Shown one piece after another: positions 8,608-17,603 of a stretch of 64,000 bases of DNA. Position 1 is the first letter of the stretch. Each line of letters opens with the position of its first letter. Origin of the DNA: Candidatus Enterousia sp. (GTDB lineage: Bacteria > Pseudomonadota > Alphaproteobacteria > Rs-D84); the NCBI GenBank assembly GCA_045657405.1, contig JAZOTB010000025.1:6943-70942 (forward strand), in the 5' to 3' direction. The notes beneath the pieces are model-generated. The model was not told the origin of the DNA. It was given only the letters and a program-made list of their open reading frames with translations, and ran no database searches. The position numbers and the translations under genes were made by a program.

Positions 8608-10070
8608 TAAACCTGACAATAGTTGAAGCATTAAAAAAATTAAACAGTGGTGAAATCACATCTGTTGAACTGACAAAAGCATACTTAGATCGCATTGAAC
8701 AATACGGTGCTGATTTGAATTGCTATATCACAGTTACACCTGAACGCGCCATGGCAGATGCTGCTGCATCTGATGCCAGACGTGCATCCGGCAACGCATT
8801 ACCACTGGACGGAATTCCAATGGCAATGAAAGATTTATTTGCCACACGCGGAATTCGCACAACAGCCGCATCACGTATGCTTGAAAATTTTGTACCAGAA
8901 TACGAATCGACTGTTTCACAAAAATTAATTGATTCGGGTACAGTATTGTTGGGTAAAGCAAATCTAGATGAATTTGCAATGGGCACTTTCAGCAAGACCA
9001 GTTTCTTTGGCGCACCTGTTAACCCATGGCAGATAGAAAAACATTTAACCGCTGGCGGTTCATCAGGAGGTTCAACATCAGCAGTTGCCAGTGGCTTAGC
9101 ATTATGCGCAACCGGCACAGATACAGGAGGTTCAATTCGTTTTCCTGCTGCAATTACAGGCATGGTTGGTATGAAACCAACATATGGACTATGCTCTCGT
9201 TGGGGTTGTGTTGCATTTGCATCTTCTTTGGACACCCCCGGTCCAATCACACGTACTGTTGACGATGCTGCATTAATGCTATCGTGTATGGCAGGACACG
9301 ATCCAAAAGATTCAACCAGCGCGCCAAATGGATTTACATGTAACAGTCCACTGGAACCAGTTTTGGGCGATGGCAAAAAACTACGTGTTGGTGTTATCAA
9401 AGAATTCGCAAATGTAGAAATTTCATCTGACATGAAATCGTTATTTGAAAAACGTGTTGCAGACTTAAAATCTATGGGTGCAGAAATTGTAGAGGTTTCA
9501 ATCCCAAACATCTTGGACGCATTGGCCGCATATTACATTATCGCCCCTGCAGAAGCATCTTCAAACTTGGCCAGATATGACGGCATGCGTTATGGCCTGC
9601 GAGTAGAAGGCAAAGATATTTACGACACATTCAAAAAAACACGCGCTGCTGGTTTTGGTGACGAAGTACAACGCCGTATGATTATTGGTACAGCTGTATT
9701 ATCTAGCGAATCGTACGATGTATATTTTATGCAGGCTGCACGCGTACGTCGTATGATTGCAGACAGTTTTAATTCTGCATTTGAACAATGTGATCTAATT
9801 GTATGTCCTGCATCTGCAGGAACCGCAATGCCATTGGATGCATCACTATCACCACTGGAATTCTATGCATTGGATTTGTTCACAGTTGCAATGAATCTTG
9901 CAGGCATCCCTGCATGTAGTGTTCCATGTGGTCTTGCACAAAACGGTCTGCCATTAGGAATGCAGGTTGTTGGTCCACGTTTTGCAGATATGCGAGTTCT
10001 GCAATTGGCGAAACACATTGAATCTGCTGCAAACATTGACAACCGCCCAACAACGATTATGGGGAAATAA
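8604..10070 (+). CDS. gatA: Glu-tRNA(Gln)/Asp-tRNA(Asn) amidotransferase subunit A (amidase family)
   Basis: MINLTIVEALKKLNSGEITSVELTKAYLDRIEQ... and the amidase signature GGSSGGSTSAVASG. The ORF-track start at 8505 is a non-ATG; the ATG at 8604 matches GatA N-termini. Confidence 0.9.
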   Translation: MINLTIVEALKKLNSGEITSVELTKAYLDRIEQYGADLNCYITVTPERAMADAAASDARRASGNALPLDGIPMAMKDLFATRGIRTTAASRMLENFVPEYESTVSQKLIDSGTVLLGKANLDEFAMGTFSKTSFFGAPVNPWQIEKHLTAGGSSGGSTSAVASGLALCATGTDTGGSIRFPAAITGMVGMKPTYGLCSRWGCVAFASSLDTPGPITRTVDDAALMLSCMAGHDPKDSTSAPNGFTCNSPLEPVLGDGKKLRVGVIKEFANVEISSDMKSLFEKRVADLKSMGAEIVEVSIPNILDALAAYYIIAPAEASSNLARYDGMRYGLRVEGKDIYDTFKKTRAAGFGDEVQRRMIIGTAVLSSESYDVYFMQAARVRRMIADSFNSAFEQCDLIVCPASAGTAMPLDASLSPLEFYALDLFTVAMNLAGIPACSVPCGLAQNGLPLGMQVVGPRFADMRVLQLAKHIESAANIDNRPTTIMGK

Positions 10071-10140
10071 TATATGAATAAAAATACCATATTCTTTGAC
10101 AATAAAAAAACGACCACCACGGTCGCAACAAGAAAGGAGA

Positions 10141-10216
10141 TGGTGGCTAGGGACGGAATCGAACCGCCGACACAGGGATTTTCAGTCCCTTGCTCTACCA
10201 ACTGAGCTACCTAGCC
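10141..10216 (-). tRNA. tRNA-Phe (anticodon GAA)
   Basis: Reverse complement reads GGCTAGG-TA-GCTCAGTTGGTAGAGC-A-AGGGA-CTGAAAA-TCCCT-GTGTC-GGCGG-TTCGATT-CCGTC-CCTAGCC-A-CCA. Full cloverleaf, 76 nt, encoded CCA, anticodon loop CT-GAA-AA. Confidence 0.9.
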
Positions 10217-10271
10217 AACGCGGGACAAATAATAAGATACAAAAAACAAAAAAGCAAGGGAAAAAGAAAAA

Positions 10272-11792
10272 ATGTTTACAATAAAAGGCAAAACAGGCGA
10301 TTGGGAACTAGTAATTGGACTGGAAACACACATAGAAGTACTGTCTAAATCAAAACTATTCAGTGGCGCATCCGCTGACTATAACCCAACAGTATCCCCA
10401 AACACTCAGGTTTCAATGGTTGACGTTGCAATGCCGGGAATGCTACCTGTATTAAACGAATACTGTGTTGAACAGGCAATCAAAATGGGATTAGGATTAA
10501 ACGCAGAAATATCCCGACACAGTCGCTTTGCACGTAAACAATACTTTTACCCTGACCTGCCCCAAGGCTATCAAATTTCACAACCTGCCGACGAAGCGCC
10601 TGTTGTTGGTCGTGGATGGGTTGAAATTATGGGCGATGACAGTAAACCTAAAAAGATTTTCATTGAACGCGCACATATGGAACAAGACGCTGCAAAAAAC
10701 AAGCATGATATGCACCCTTCTAAATCATTTGTAGATTTTAATCGTACAGGCGTTATGTTACTGGAAATCGTAACTTTCTTGGACACAAAAAATCCAGAAA
10801 ATAATTCTTATATTTCATCCCCAGACGAAGCAGAACGTTATCTTCGTGCGATTCGTGAAATTGCACGTGCACTGGGTGTATCCAAAGCAAACATGGAAGA
10901 AGGTTCAATGCGCGCAGACGTAAATGTATCCGTACGTCCTGTTGGTTCAACAGAATTCCGCACCAGAACAGAAACCAAAAATATGGTATCTTTCAAATTT
11001 ATCAAAACTGCAATTGAATACGAAGCCCGTCGTCAAATTGAAATATATGAAAACGGAGGCACCGTTACCCAAGACACAATGCGTTTCCACCAAGACGATG
11101 GTACAACATCTGTTGCACGTTCAAAAGAAGACGCACTGGATTATCGTTATTTCCCAGATCCAGACTTGTTACCAATTGAAATTTCTGACGAACAAATTGA
11201 ACGCATTCGTGCAAACTTGCCAGAATTACCTTCTGCGACACGCGCACGTTATATAACAGAATTTGGACTATCTGAATATGACGCGGCCAGATTGACAGAA
11301 AACACAAACATATCAAAATGGTTTGATTCAGCAGTAGGCAGCAACACAAAACATGCAAAATCAATTGCAAACTGGATGATAAGTGAATTATTTGCACATC
11401 CAGAAAACTGGGATGAAAAAAATGAAAAATCAGGCATTGTTGATGAAATGCGTATCATTACACCATCTGATTTATCAGAATTGGTTGAAATGATTTCTGA
11501 AAATACAATTAACGGAAAACAAGCCAAAGAAATATTTATCAAAATGCTGGATGGCGAATCGGGAACACCACGTGAAATTGCAGATAAATTCGGCATGAAA
11601 CAAATGACAGATACTGGTGCAATTGAAAAAATCATAGACGATGTAATTGCCGCAAATCCATCCCAGGTTGAACAATATAAATCCGGGAAAACTGGTCTGC
11701 TTGGTTTCTTTGTTGGCAACGTCATGAAAGCAACAGGCGGTACAGCAAATCCAGCAGTTGTTAACGAATTTTTACGTAAAAAATTAGCATAA
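10272..11792 (+). CDS. gatB: Asp-tRNA(Asn)/Glu-tRNA(Gln) amidotransferase subunit B
   Basis: 506 aa. ...WELVIGLETHIEVLSKSKLFSGASADYNP... and C-terminal YqeY-like GatB domain. Confidence 0.9.
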   Translation: MFTIKGKTGDWELVIGLETHIEVLSKSKLFSGASADYNPTVSPNTQVSMVDVAMPGMLPVLNEYCVEQAIKMGLGLNAEISRHSRFARKQYFYPDLPQGYQISQPADEAPVVGRGWVEIMGDDSKPKKIFIERAHMEQDAAKNKHDMHPSKSFVDFNRTGVMLLEIVTFLDTKNPENNSYISSPDEAERYLRAIREIARALGVSKANMEEGSMRADVNVSVRPVGSTEFRTRTETKNMVSFKFIKTAIEYEARRQIEIYENGGTVTQDTMRFHQDDGTTSVARSKEDALDYRYFPDPDLLPIEISDEQIERIRANLPELPSATRARYITEFGLSEYDAARLTENTNISKWFDSAVGSNTKHAKSIANWMISELFAHPENWDEKNEKSGIVDEMRIITPSDLSELVEMISENTINGKQAKEIFIKMLDGESGTPREIADKFGMKQMTDTGAIEKIIDDVIAANPSQVEQYKSGKTGLLGFFVGNVMKATGGTANPAVVNEFLRKKLA

Positions 11793-11806
11793 AAAAGGAT
11801 AATAAA

Positions 11807-11983
11807 ATGACACAAATAATAACTATCAAAGAAAACAATCACGTTACAGGTGTTGTATATGGCACTGTTGACATTCCAGGCAAAGAAATCAGACAACCAC
11901 AAGCACACAAACAAACAACAGAAAAAGTACGCAAAGCACGTGTACAAATGATGCGCAACCATCACACAGTCAGACAAAAATAA
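11807..11983 (+). CDS. Small hypothetical protein (58 aa)
   Basis: ATG 11807 to TAA 11983 (MTQIITIKENNHVTGVVYGTVDIPGKEIRQPQ...). Below the ORF-track size cut-off. 15 nt after gatB. Confidence 0.25.
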   Translation: MTQIITIKENNHVTGVVYGTVDIPGKEIRQPQAHKQTTEKVRKARVQMMRNHHTVRQK

Positions 11984-11986
11984 GAT

Positions 11987-12412
11987 ATGATTATTATCTT
12001 TTCAAAAAAATTAGTAGATGATATGAAACAAGAGTTACTGTCCGAAATTGAAAAATTTCGGACAGATAACCACATCAATAAAAAAGTAATATTTATTACA
12101 GGAACACAAGAAAGTTTACCCAGACAAATATTACCTGAACAGGAATTACTAATTACACAGAATTTATCGGACAATACAAACCAAGAATTGCTGCCAGAAT
12201 TTGAAAAAATTCAGACAAAAGAAGTAATATTAGAAAACATTCCAGAGATATCATCACCACCTACTGAATTGATATTGCCTAAATCCGGATTATCATTAAA
12301 CGAACAAAACGCACGCAAGCATCACACAAAAAATATGGTAAAAAGTTTTAATATCGCAAAACAAAGATACGCCAGACAAAAGTATCATAGCGGCAGAAAC
12401 AAAATGAGGTAA
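11987..12412 (+). CDS. Hypothetical protein (141 aa, basic C-terminus)
   Basis: ORF between gatB and miaB. No recognisable domain. Confidence 0.35.
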   Translation: MIIIFSKKLVDDMKQELLSEIEKFRTDNHINKKVIFITGTQESLPRQILPEQELLITQNLSDNTNQELLPEFEKIQTKEVILENIPEISSPPTELILPKSGLSLNEQNARKHHTKNMVKSFNIAKQRYARQKYHSGRNKMR

Positions 12413-12594
12413 ACAAATGCATATTTATGATGACATCATTCGCATAATGCGAGAAATGACAAAGTGGGAAGCACGTCTAAAAATACTTCACCGTGAAGAA
12501 CGTTATAAAAAGAATTATATTCTGCGTGCGAACAAATGGTCACAAATAAAACACCTACAAACAAAATATAACAACACAAAACACAAATAAAATC

Positions 12595-13902
12595 ATGAAA
12601 AAATTCTTTATTCAAACTTTTGGCTGTCAAATGAACGTATATGATGGTTGGCGTATTGCCGCGATGCTTGAGCACCGAGGAATGTGCCGTACAGACAACG
12701 TCAGTGATGCTGACATAATCATATTAAATACATGCGCTGTCCGCGCCAAAGCAACAGATAAAGTATTTTCTGCACTGGGTCGCATCAGACGCGCAAAAAA
12801 ACCAACTGCCCTATTTGGAATCGTTGGTTGTGTCGCACGCGAATCGGGCAGCGATGCATTCCGCAGAATACCTGATTTAAATTTTGTTCTTGGACCACAA
12901 AGTTATCATAAACTGCCACAAATTTTAGAAAATACGGATGCCAAATTATTCAACATTGATTTAGGTGGCCTAGAAAAATTTGATGAATTACCACAAATGG
13001 AAAAATCACCAACTGTTGCATACATTCCAATTCAAGAAGGATGTAATCACGTATGCACATACTGCATCGTTCCATACACACGCGGTCGTGAAATATCGCG
13101 CAAATTTGAAGATTGTGTTCGTGACACAATTCACGCTGCAAACACTGGTGCTGTTGAAATATGTTTTTTAGGACAAAACGTAAATGGATACAAATATACA
13201 GATGACACAGGTAACACATATCGCCTGTCTGATTTAATACGCGAAGCAGCAACAATAGAGTCAGTAAAACGAATCAGATTTACATCCAGTTACCCAACCG
13301 AAATGACAGATGATTTGATTGAAATGTTTGCAACAGAACCTAAATTATTGCCATTTCTTAACATGCCTATTCAAAGTGGCTCACAAAATGTTTTAATACG
13401 AATGAATCGTCCGTATTCTTTGGAACTATATACAGACATTATACGCAAACTACGAATCGCACGTCCTGACATACAAATATCTTCTGATTTTATTGTTGGA
13501 TTTCCTGGTGAAACAGATGAAGATTTTGAACAAACAATGCGAATCGCAGAACAGATAAAATATATAAACTCTTATTCATTCAAATATTCACCACGTCCAC
13601 ACACAGCAGCAGCATTAATGCAAGACCAAGTTCCAGAAAACATAAAAGCAATACGTCTTGCGAAACTGGATACATATTTGAACGAAGTTCAACGTGAATT
13701 TAATACCAGTTGCATTGATAAAACAATGGAATGTTTACTAGAAGGTCCAGACAAAACAGGTAATCACTTGATTTACCGTACACCATATATGCAACAATGT
13801 GTTGTTGAAAAACCTTCTGATGATGCACACACACCCATATTGGCAAAAATATGTATAACAAGTGCTAACAAAGCATCATTACGTGGTAAATTTACGGATT
13901 AA
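12595..13902 (+). CDS. miaB: tRNA-2-methylthio-N6-dimethylallyladenosine synthase MiaB (radical SAM methylthiotransferase)
   Basis: 435 aa. MTTase N-terminal domain (FIQTFGCQMNVYD), radical SAM CTYCIVPYTRGRE, TRAM C-terminus. Confidence 0.9.
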   Translation: MKKFFIQTFGCQMNVYDGWRIAAMLEHRGMCRTDNVSDADIIILNTCAVRAKATDKVFSALGRIRRAKKPTALFGIVGCVARESGSDAFRRIPDLNFVLGPQSYHKLPQILENTDAKLFNIDLGGLEKFDELPQMEKSPTVAYIPIQEGCNHVCTYCIVPYTRGREISRKFEDCVRDTIHAANTGAVEICFLGQNVNGYKYTDDTGNTYRLSDLIREAATIESVKRIRFTSSYPTEMTDDLIEMFATEPKLLPFLNMPIQSGSQNVLIRMNRPYSLELYTDIIRKLRIARPDIQISSDFIVGFPGETDEDFEQTMRIAEQIKYINSYSFKYSPRPHTAAALMQDQVPENIKAIRLAKLDTYLNEVQREFNTSCIDKTMECLLEGPDKTGNHLIYRTPYMQQCVVEKPSDDAHTPILAKICITSANKASLRGKFTD

Positions 13903-15516
13903 TTAAAAGGCTATATTTATACTAACCATTGCTTTATAAGCAACGGTATCAAATACATTAGCAACAGATATACCAACACCCAATCCCATTCCATCTGTTG
14001 GCGATATAAAACTTATATTTGCAGTTGCTGCTATTAGATTTTCAGTATCTGCAACTAATCCAAAATCATAACGATATTTCATTTCTGATAATTCATATAA
14101 GTATCCAACAGAAGCACCCAAACGCGCTGCAAATTCAGATAACGAACAATCATCCAATTTATAAAAATCTGTCCTTAGCCCCACAAAAGAAGACAAATTT
14201 ATCGAATCGTTTATACTAAAATCATAACCAGCATCTAATACAAAAGTACCAAATGTACTTTTTGGGCTATTAACAATTTTGTCCTTAACAAACACAGCAT
14301 CTATATCAAAATCTGCAATTCCATACCCAAGTTTACCAGACACAAATAAATTATTTTCAAACGTGTATTTTGCACCCAAATCAAAACCATAAAACATCAT
14401 ATCGTACTCTTCTATATCCGACGAATACAAAACCTGTCCTATATTCAAGCCCACATTAAAATTAAATTCGTCTTCAATCAAATTTACCAAACTAATATCC
14501 GCACCATACGATGTAAAATTATCAGACATAATTCCAAAGACAAACGCATTAACATCTGAATCTAAATCATTTTCAGCAAAAGAATTTAATGTACTCAACG
14601 TGTTTATAATTTGTAATGGCATAATCAACTGATTTGGATTAAACAACACAGATTTTGACATCACATTTTCTAGTTCTGTCATATCTGTCGCATTATCTAA
14701 TAAGTACAACAAATTATTATTTTTAGAACTTTCACGTAATTGATTTATAAATTTACCTTTGTTGGAATCAGAAAATATAACTTCATAATCTGTTTGTCTG
14801 GTACGTTCTACATACAAAGAACCATATCTTAGATACCCAACATCAGAATACATGACATCTTTTGTACCGGTTATAAAACGCACTAAAACATCACCAGAAA
14901 TATTATCCAAAAGAACTTTATTATATATTTCCGGATTATCATCAACTATTAATTCAACATTTTCACCGAACACAACCCTAGCATTTGTATTCTGTGGCAC
15001 CTTATCTAAACTTAATGTTATATCCTCAAACACAATACTGATTGCATCATTTGTAAAATCAATAACATCTGCCAAAGACAAAACTTCGTCGCTTTTAGCC
15101 ACAATTGTATATTCTACACCAAATTCAGCAGCCCTTAAACTTTCTTGTCCAGAAACAACCTGAAATAATTGTGCATTTGTCCCCATTTCAAAGACAGATT
15201 CTATACTTCCCTTATTTTCAACATATACACTGCAACCATCACCAATATATGTATTATTCGGAATAAAATTACCGTTATTTTGAATAAATATAGAATTCGT
15301 AATTGTTAAATTTTTCGGTTGTACATTAACACCTTCTAAAATTATCGTATCTTCTGACCAAGTTCTGTTTATACCTGCAATATCAAAATAAATTGTTTCT
15401 GCAAACACATCAAAAACACCACACCAAGCAGCAATAAAAATTATCAAGATTTTATATAGTTTTAACATCGCACGAGATATTAGCACACAAGAATAAAATC
15501 TTAAAGAAAAAAACAC
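13903..15516 (-). CDS. Autotransporter-like outer-membrane protein (signal peptide plus C-terminal beta-barrel ending in F)
   Basis: 537 aa. Probable start at internal MLKLYKILIIFIAAWCGVFDVFA (15468). Beta-strand-rich C-terminal third with alternating aromatic/aliphatic residues and terminal ...SINIAF. Confidence 0.45.
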   Translation of the reverse strand: MFFSLRFYSCVLISRAMLKLYKILIIFIAAWCGVFDVFAETIYFDIAGINRTWSEDTIILEGVNVQPKNLTITNSIFIQNNGNFIPNNTYIGDGCSVYVENKGSIESVFEMGTNAQLFQVVSGQESLRAAEFGVEYTIVAKSDEVLSLADVIDFTNDAISIVFEDITLSLDKVPQNTNARVVFGENVELIVDDNPEIYNKVLLDNISGDVLVRFITGTKDVMYSDVGYLRYGSLYVERTRQTDYEVIFSDSNKGKFINQLRESSKNNNLLYLLDNATDMTELENVMSKSVLFNPNQLIMPLQIINTLSTLNSFAENDLDSDVNAFVFGIMSDNFTSYGADISLVNLIEDEFNFNVGLNIGQVLYSSDIEEYDMMFYGFDLGAKYTFENNLFVSGKLGYGIADFDIDAVFVKDKIVNSPKSTFGTFVLDAGYDFSINDSINLSSFVGLRTDFYKLDDCSLSEFAARLGASVGYLYELSEMKYRYDFGLVADTENLIAATANISFISPTDGMGLGVGISVANVFDTVAYKAMVSINIAF

Positions 15517-15556
15517 CCCGGTACAGGGGTGTGATAATATTAAGGATAAAATATCA

Positions 15557-16114
15557 TTATTTCTCTAATTTACCCCAACCTGCTTTATATCCGCCATCAC
15601 GCTCTAAATAAATATTTGCACCATTTAACTGAGCGGCATTCAAGCCTTGAATCATATAAGACTGTTCTAAACGACCTGTATGACCAGTTTCCAACATTGG
15701 CAGTTTCACATTCATCATACGAGAATTATTGCAACATTTCGCATCATTATAACAATTACCACACTGATACAATCTGACTGTATAAGGTACATTTGGGCGC
15801 ATATCCTTCAAATCTACTTCCATTTTCAAACCATTATCTGTGTCACGAAATTTAATATGTCCCATTTTTGATTCGCCACCACGACTACTGTGAGTATACA
15901 TTTTTGCATAAACATGTTTTACTTTTGCATCTTCGTGTGGTTGATACACTAGTATTGTATCAGACTCAATCACTTCAATAGGCTGTGCATATTGCGCACT
16001 TTGCATTTTATGCGCATGATGTTTTTTTGTTGGACAACTAGAACATCCGGCCAATAATGCAACAGCACCTAAAACAGATGCAGCCACACAAGTTTTTTTC
16101 ATTAAATTTATCAT
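15557..16114 (-). CDS. Cys/His-rich lipoprotein, function unknown (possibly metal-binding)
   Basis: 185 aa. Lipobox LLAGCSSC; many His/Cys (KKHHAHK, CGNCYNDAKCCNN). Confidence 0.4.
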   Translation of the reverse strand: MINLMKKTCVAASVLGAVALLAGCSSCPTKKHHAHKMQSAQYAQPIEVIESDTILVYQPHEDAKVKHVYAKMYTHSSRGGESKMGHIKFRDTDNGLKMEVDLKDMRPNVPYTVRLYQCGNCYNDAKCCNNSRMMNVKLPMLETGHTGRLEQSYMIQGLNAAQLNGANIYLERDGGYKAGWGKLEK

Positions 16115-16303
16115 TTGTTTTCTCCTTTTTGTTTATTGTGGATACATAAATACTCTACTATAAATCCAACTTTTTTCCGCAGGTTTGATTACCTAGGAAT
16201 CCCAAGAAATCCAACGTACAGAACGTTTTTTTGAAAACAAACCTATATCAAAAAACATTCGTTTTATATAAGCTATAAAACACAACCAAAGGAGAAAAAT
16301 AAA

Positions 16304-16660
16304 ATGTACGAATTGATACAACACTTAATTGCATTTAAGTATGCATGTAAAATAAATCATTGGTCAACAGACAATTATTCTAAACATTTGTTATTTGACA
16401 GATTAAATGAAGATATTGACACATGGGTAGATGCTATTTCAGAAACGTATTTTATGGCAAACAACAAAAAATCCGTTTTCAAATCAGATATTTTGAATCC
16501 AAAATTTATAAATACAAATCTTGTAACATCATGTGAAAATATAATCTCATTACTAGAAAAACTTATAAATGATGATGATACAAACGAAGGCATTGATTCA
16601 TTATTAAGTTCAATAGAAGAAGGTTTTCTAAATAAACTTGCCTTAGCAAAATTAGTATAA
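16304..16660 (+). CDS. Hypothetical protein (118 aa)
   Basis: SD-preceded ORF bounded by terminators on both sides. Confidence 0.4.
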   Translation: MYELIQHLIAFKYACKINHWSTDNYSKHLLFDRLNEDIDTWVDAISETYFMANNKKSVFKSDILNPKFINTNLVTSCENIISLLEKLINDDDTNEGIDSLLSSIEEGFLNKLALAKLV

Positions 16661-16688
16661 AAAAGCCCTTTTTAGGGCTTTTTTATAA
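16661..16688 (+). terminator. Rho-independent terminator
   Basis: AAAAAGCCCtttttaGGGCTTTTTTAT directly after the stop of the 16304 gene. Confidence 0.6.
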
Positions 16689-16700
16689 TACCCGCAACAA

Positions 16701-16729
16701 AAAAACGCCCCATAAGGGACGTTTTTTTT
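16701..16729. terminator. Bidirectional Rho-independent terminator (for OMP gene 16731-17345)
   Basis: A-run, ACGCCCCataaGGGACGT hairpin, 8 T. Abuts the OMP gene stop. Confidence 0.5.
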
Positions 16730-16730
16730 C

Positions 16731-17345
16731 TTAGAACATAAATCTGATACCAATATCGCCACCAAAATTATGTAATCCAGATTGAAGATCTACATATGTA
16801 TATCTTGCTGCTAAATCTACTGCAAAACGTTCCATGTCAAATGACACACCCATTGTTGCCATAGCACTAACACGCGTCTTGCTTTCACTATGAGATGGTA
16901 TCAAATCACCATAACGCTTTACATCTGCAAAAGCCATACCAACACCCAAACCTGCAAAAGGACGAATCGTATTATAAGATCCAAATTCCATATAATTATT
17001 CCACAGCAATGTTTGTAATTTTGCTTCTACATCAATATTACCTGATGTTGCACCAAAGTATTCTTGATCAGATGTTTTGCCATAATAGGTCCATTCCATT
17101 TCAGAACGAAGTGTATCACATATTTCTAAGCCAAGTGCTGCACGACCCTGAAAAATATAATCTGTAATAGATTCTTTATTTCCTTCATATTTATAATTAA
17201 GATTTGTATAACTCATACCACCTCTTAAAGCAACGTATGGATCCATACCCCACATTTGCCAAGAACTGCCCTGATCTGGATGATTAATTGCGAACGCAGG
17301 ACATACAACCAGTGCAGCCAATGTTGAAATTGCTAATTTTTTCAT
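16731..17345 (-). CDS. Outer-membrane beta-barrel protein (OmpW/OmpA-like porin family)
   Basis: 204 aa. Signal peptide MKKLAISTLAALVVCPAFA, amphipathic beta-strands, C-terminal ...IGIRFMF. Confidence 0.6.
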   Translation of the reverse strand: MKKLAISTLAALVVCPAFAINHPDQGSSWQMWGMDPYVALRGGMSYTNLNYKYEGNKESITDYIFQGRAALGLEICDTLRSEMEWTYYGKTSDQEYFGATSGNIDVEAKLQTLLWNNYMEFGSYNTIRPFAGLGVGMAFADVKRYGDLIPSHSESKTRVSAMATMGVSFDMERFAVDLAARYTYVDLQSGLHNFGGDIGIRFMF

Positions 17346-17461
17346 TTCTTCTCCTTTTAAGTTTTATAGTTTCAAAGTTTCATGTCAACACTTTGATTCT
17401 ATCAATGTTATTTGGATATTTATATAGGTATGAATCCCTGAAAAAACACATAATATATTCA

Positions 17462-17496
17462 TAAAAAAACGACCAGCTTTGTGGTCGTTATATTTT
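17462..17496. terminator. Rho-independent terminator downstream of tRNA-Lys
   Basis: AAAAAAACGACCAgctttgTGGTCGTTaTATTTTT. Read on the minus strand it gives hairpin plus T7 immediately 3' of the tRNA. Confidence 0.55.
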
Positions 17497-17572
17497 TGGT
17501 GGACGCGCAGGGACTCGAACCCTGGACCCACTGATTAAGAGTCAGTTGCTCTACCAACTGAGCTACGCATCC
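17497..17572 (-). tRNA. tRNA-Lys (anticodon CUU)
   Basis: Reverse complement reads GGATGCG-TA-GCTCAGTTGGTAGAGC-A-ACTGA-CTCTTAA-TCAGT-GGGTC-CAGGG-TTCGAGT-CCCTG-CGCGTCC-A-CCA. 76 nt, encoded CCA. Confidence 0.9.
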
Positions 17573-17603
17573 AGAACCGATTTATTTATCAGAACGGGGG
17601 TAA

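Noticed and set aside
8723-9511. 262-aa minus-strand ORF inside gatA
   Set aside because: It is antisense to a confidently identified gatA with the amidase signature. Long antisense ORFs are common where a real gene exists on the other strand.
9863-10201. 112-aa minus-strand ORF (MVEQGTENPCVGGSIPS...)
   Set aside because: It is the well-known spurious translation across a tRNA gene (here tRNA-Phe) and overlaps the 3' end of gatA.
11249-11977. 242-aa minus-strand ORF overlapping the gatB 3' half and downstream small ORFs
   Set aside because: It is antisense to gatB. It has a low-complexity hydrophobic and Cys-rich composition with no motif.
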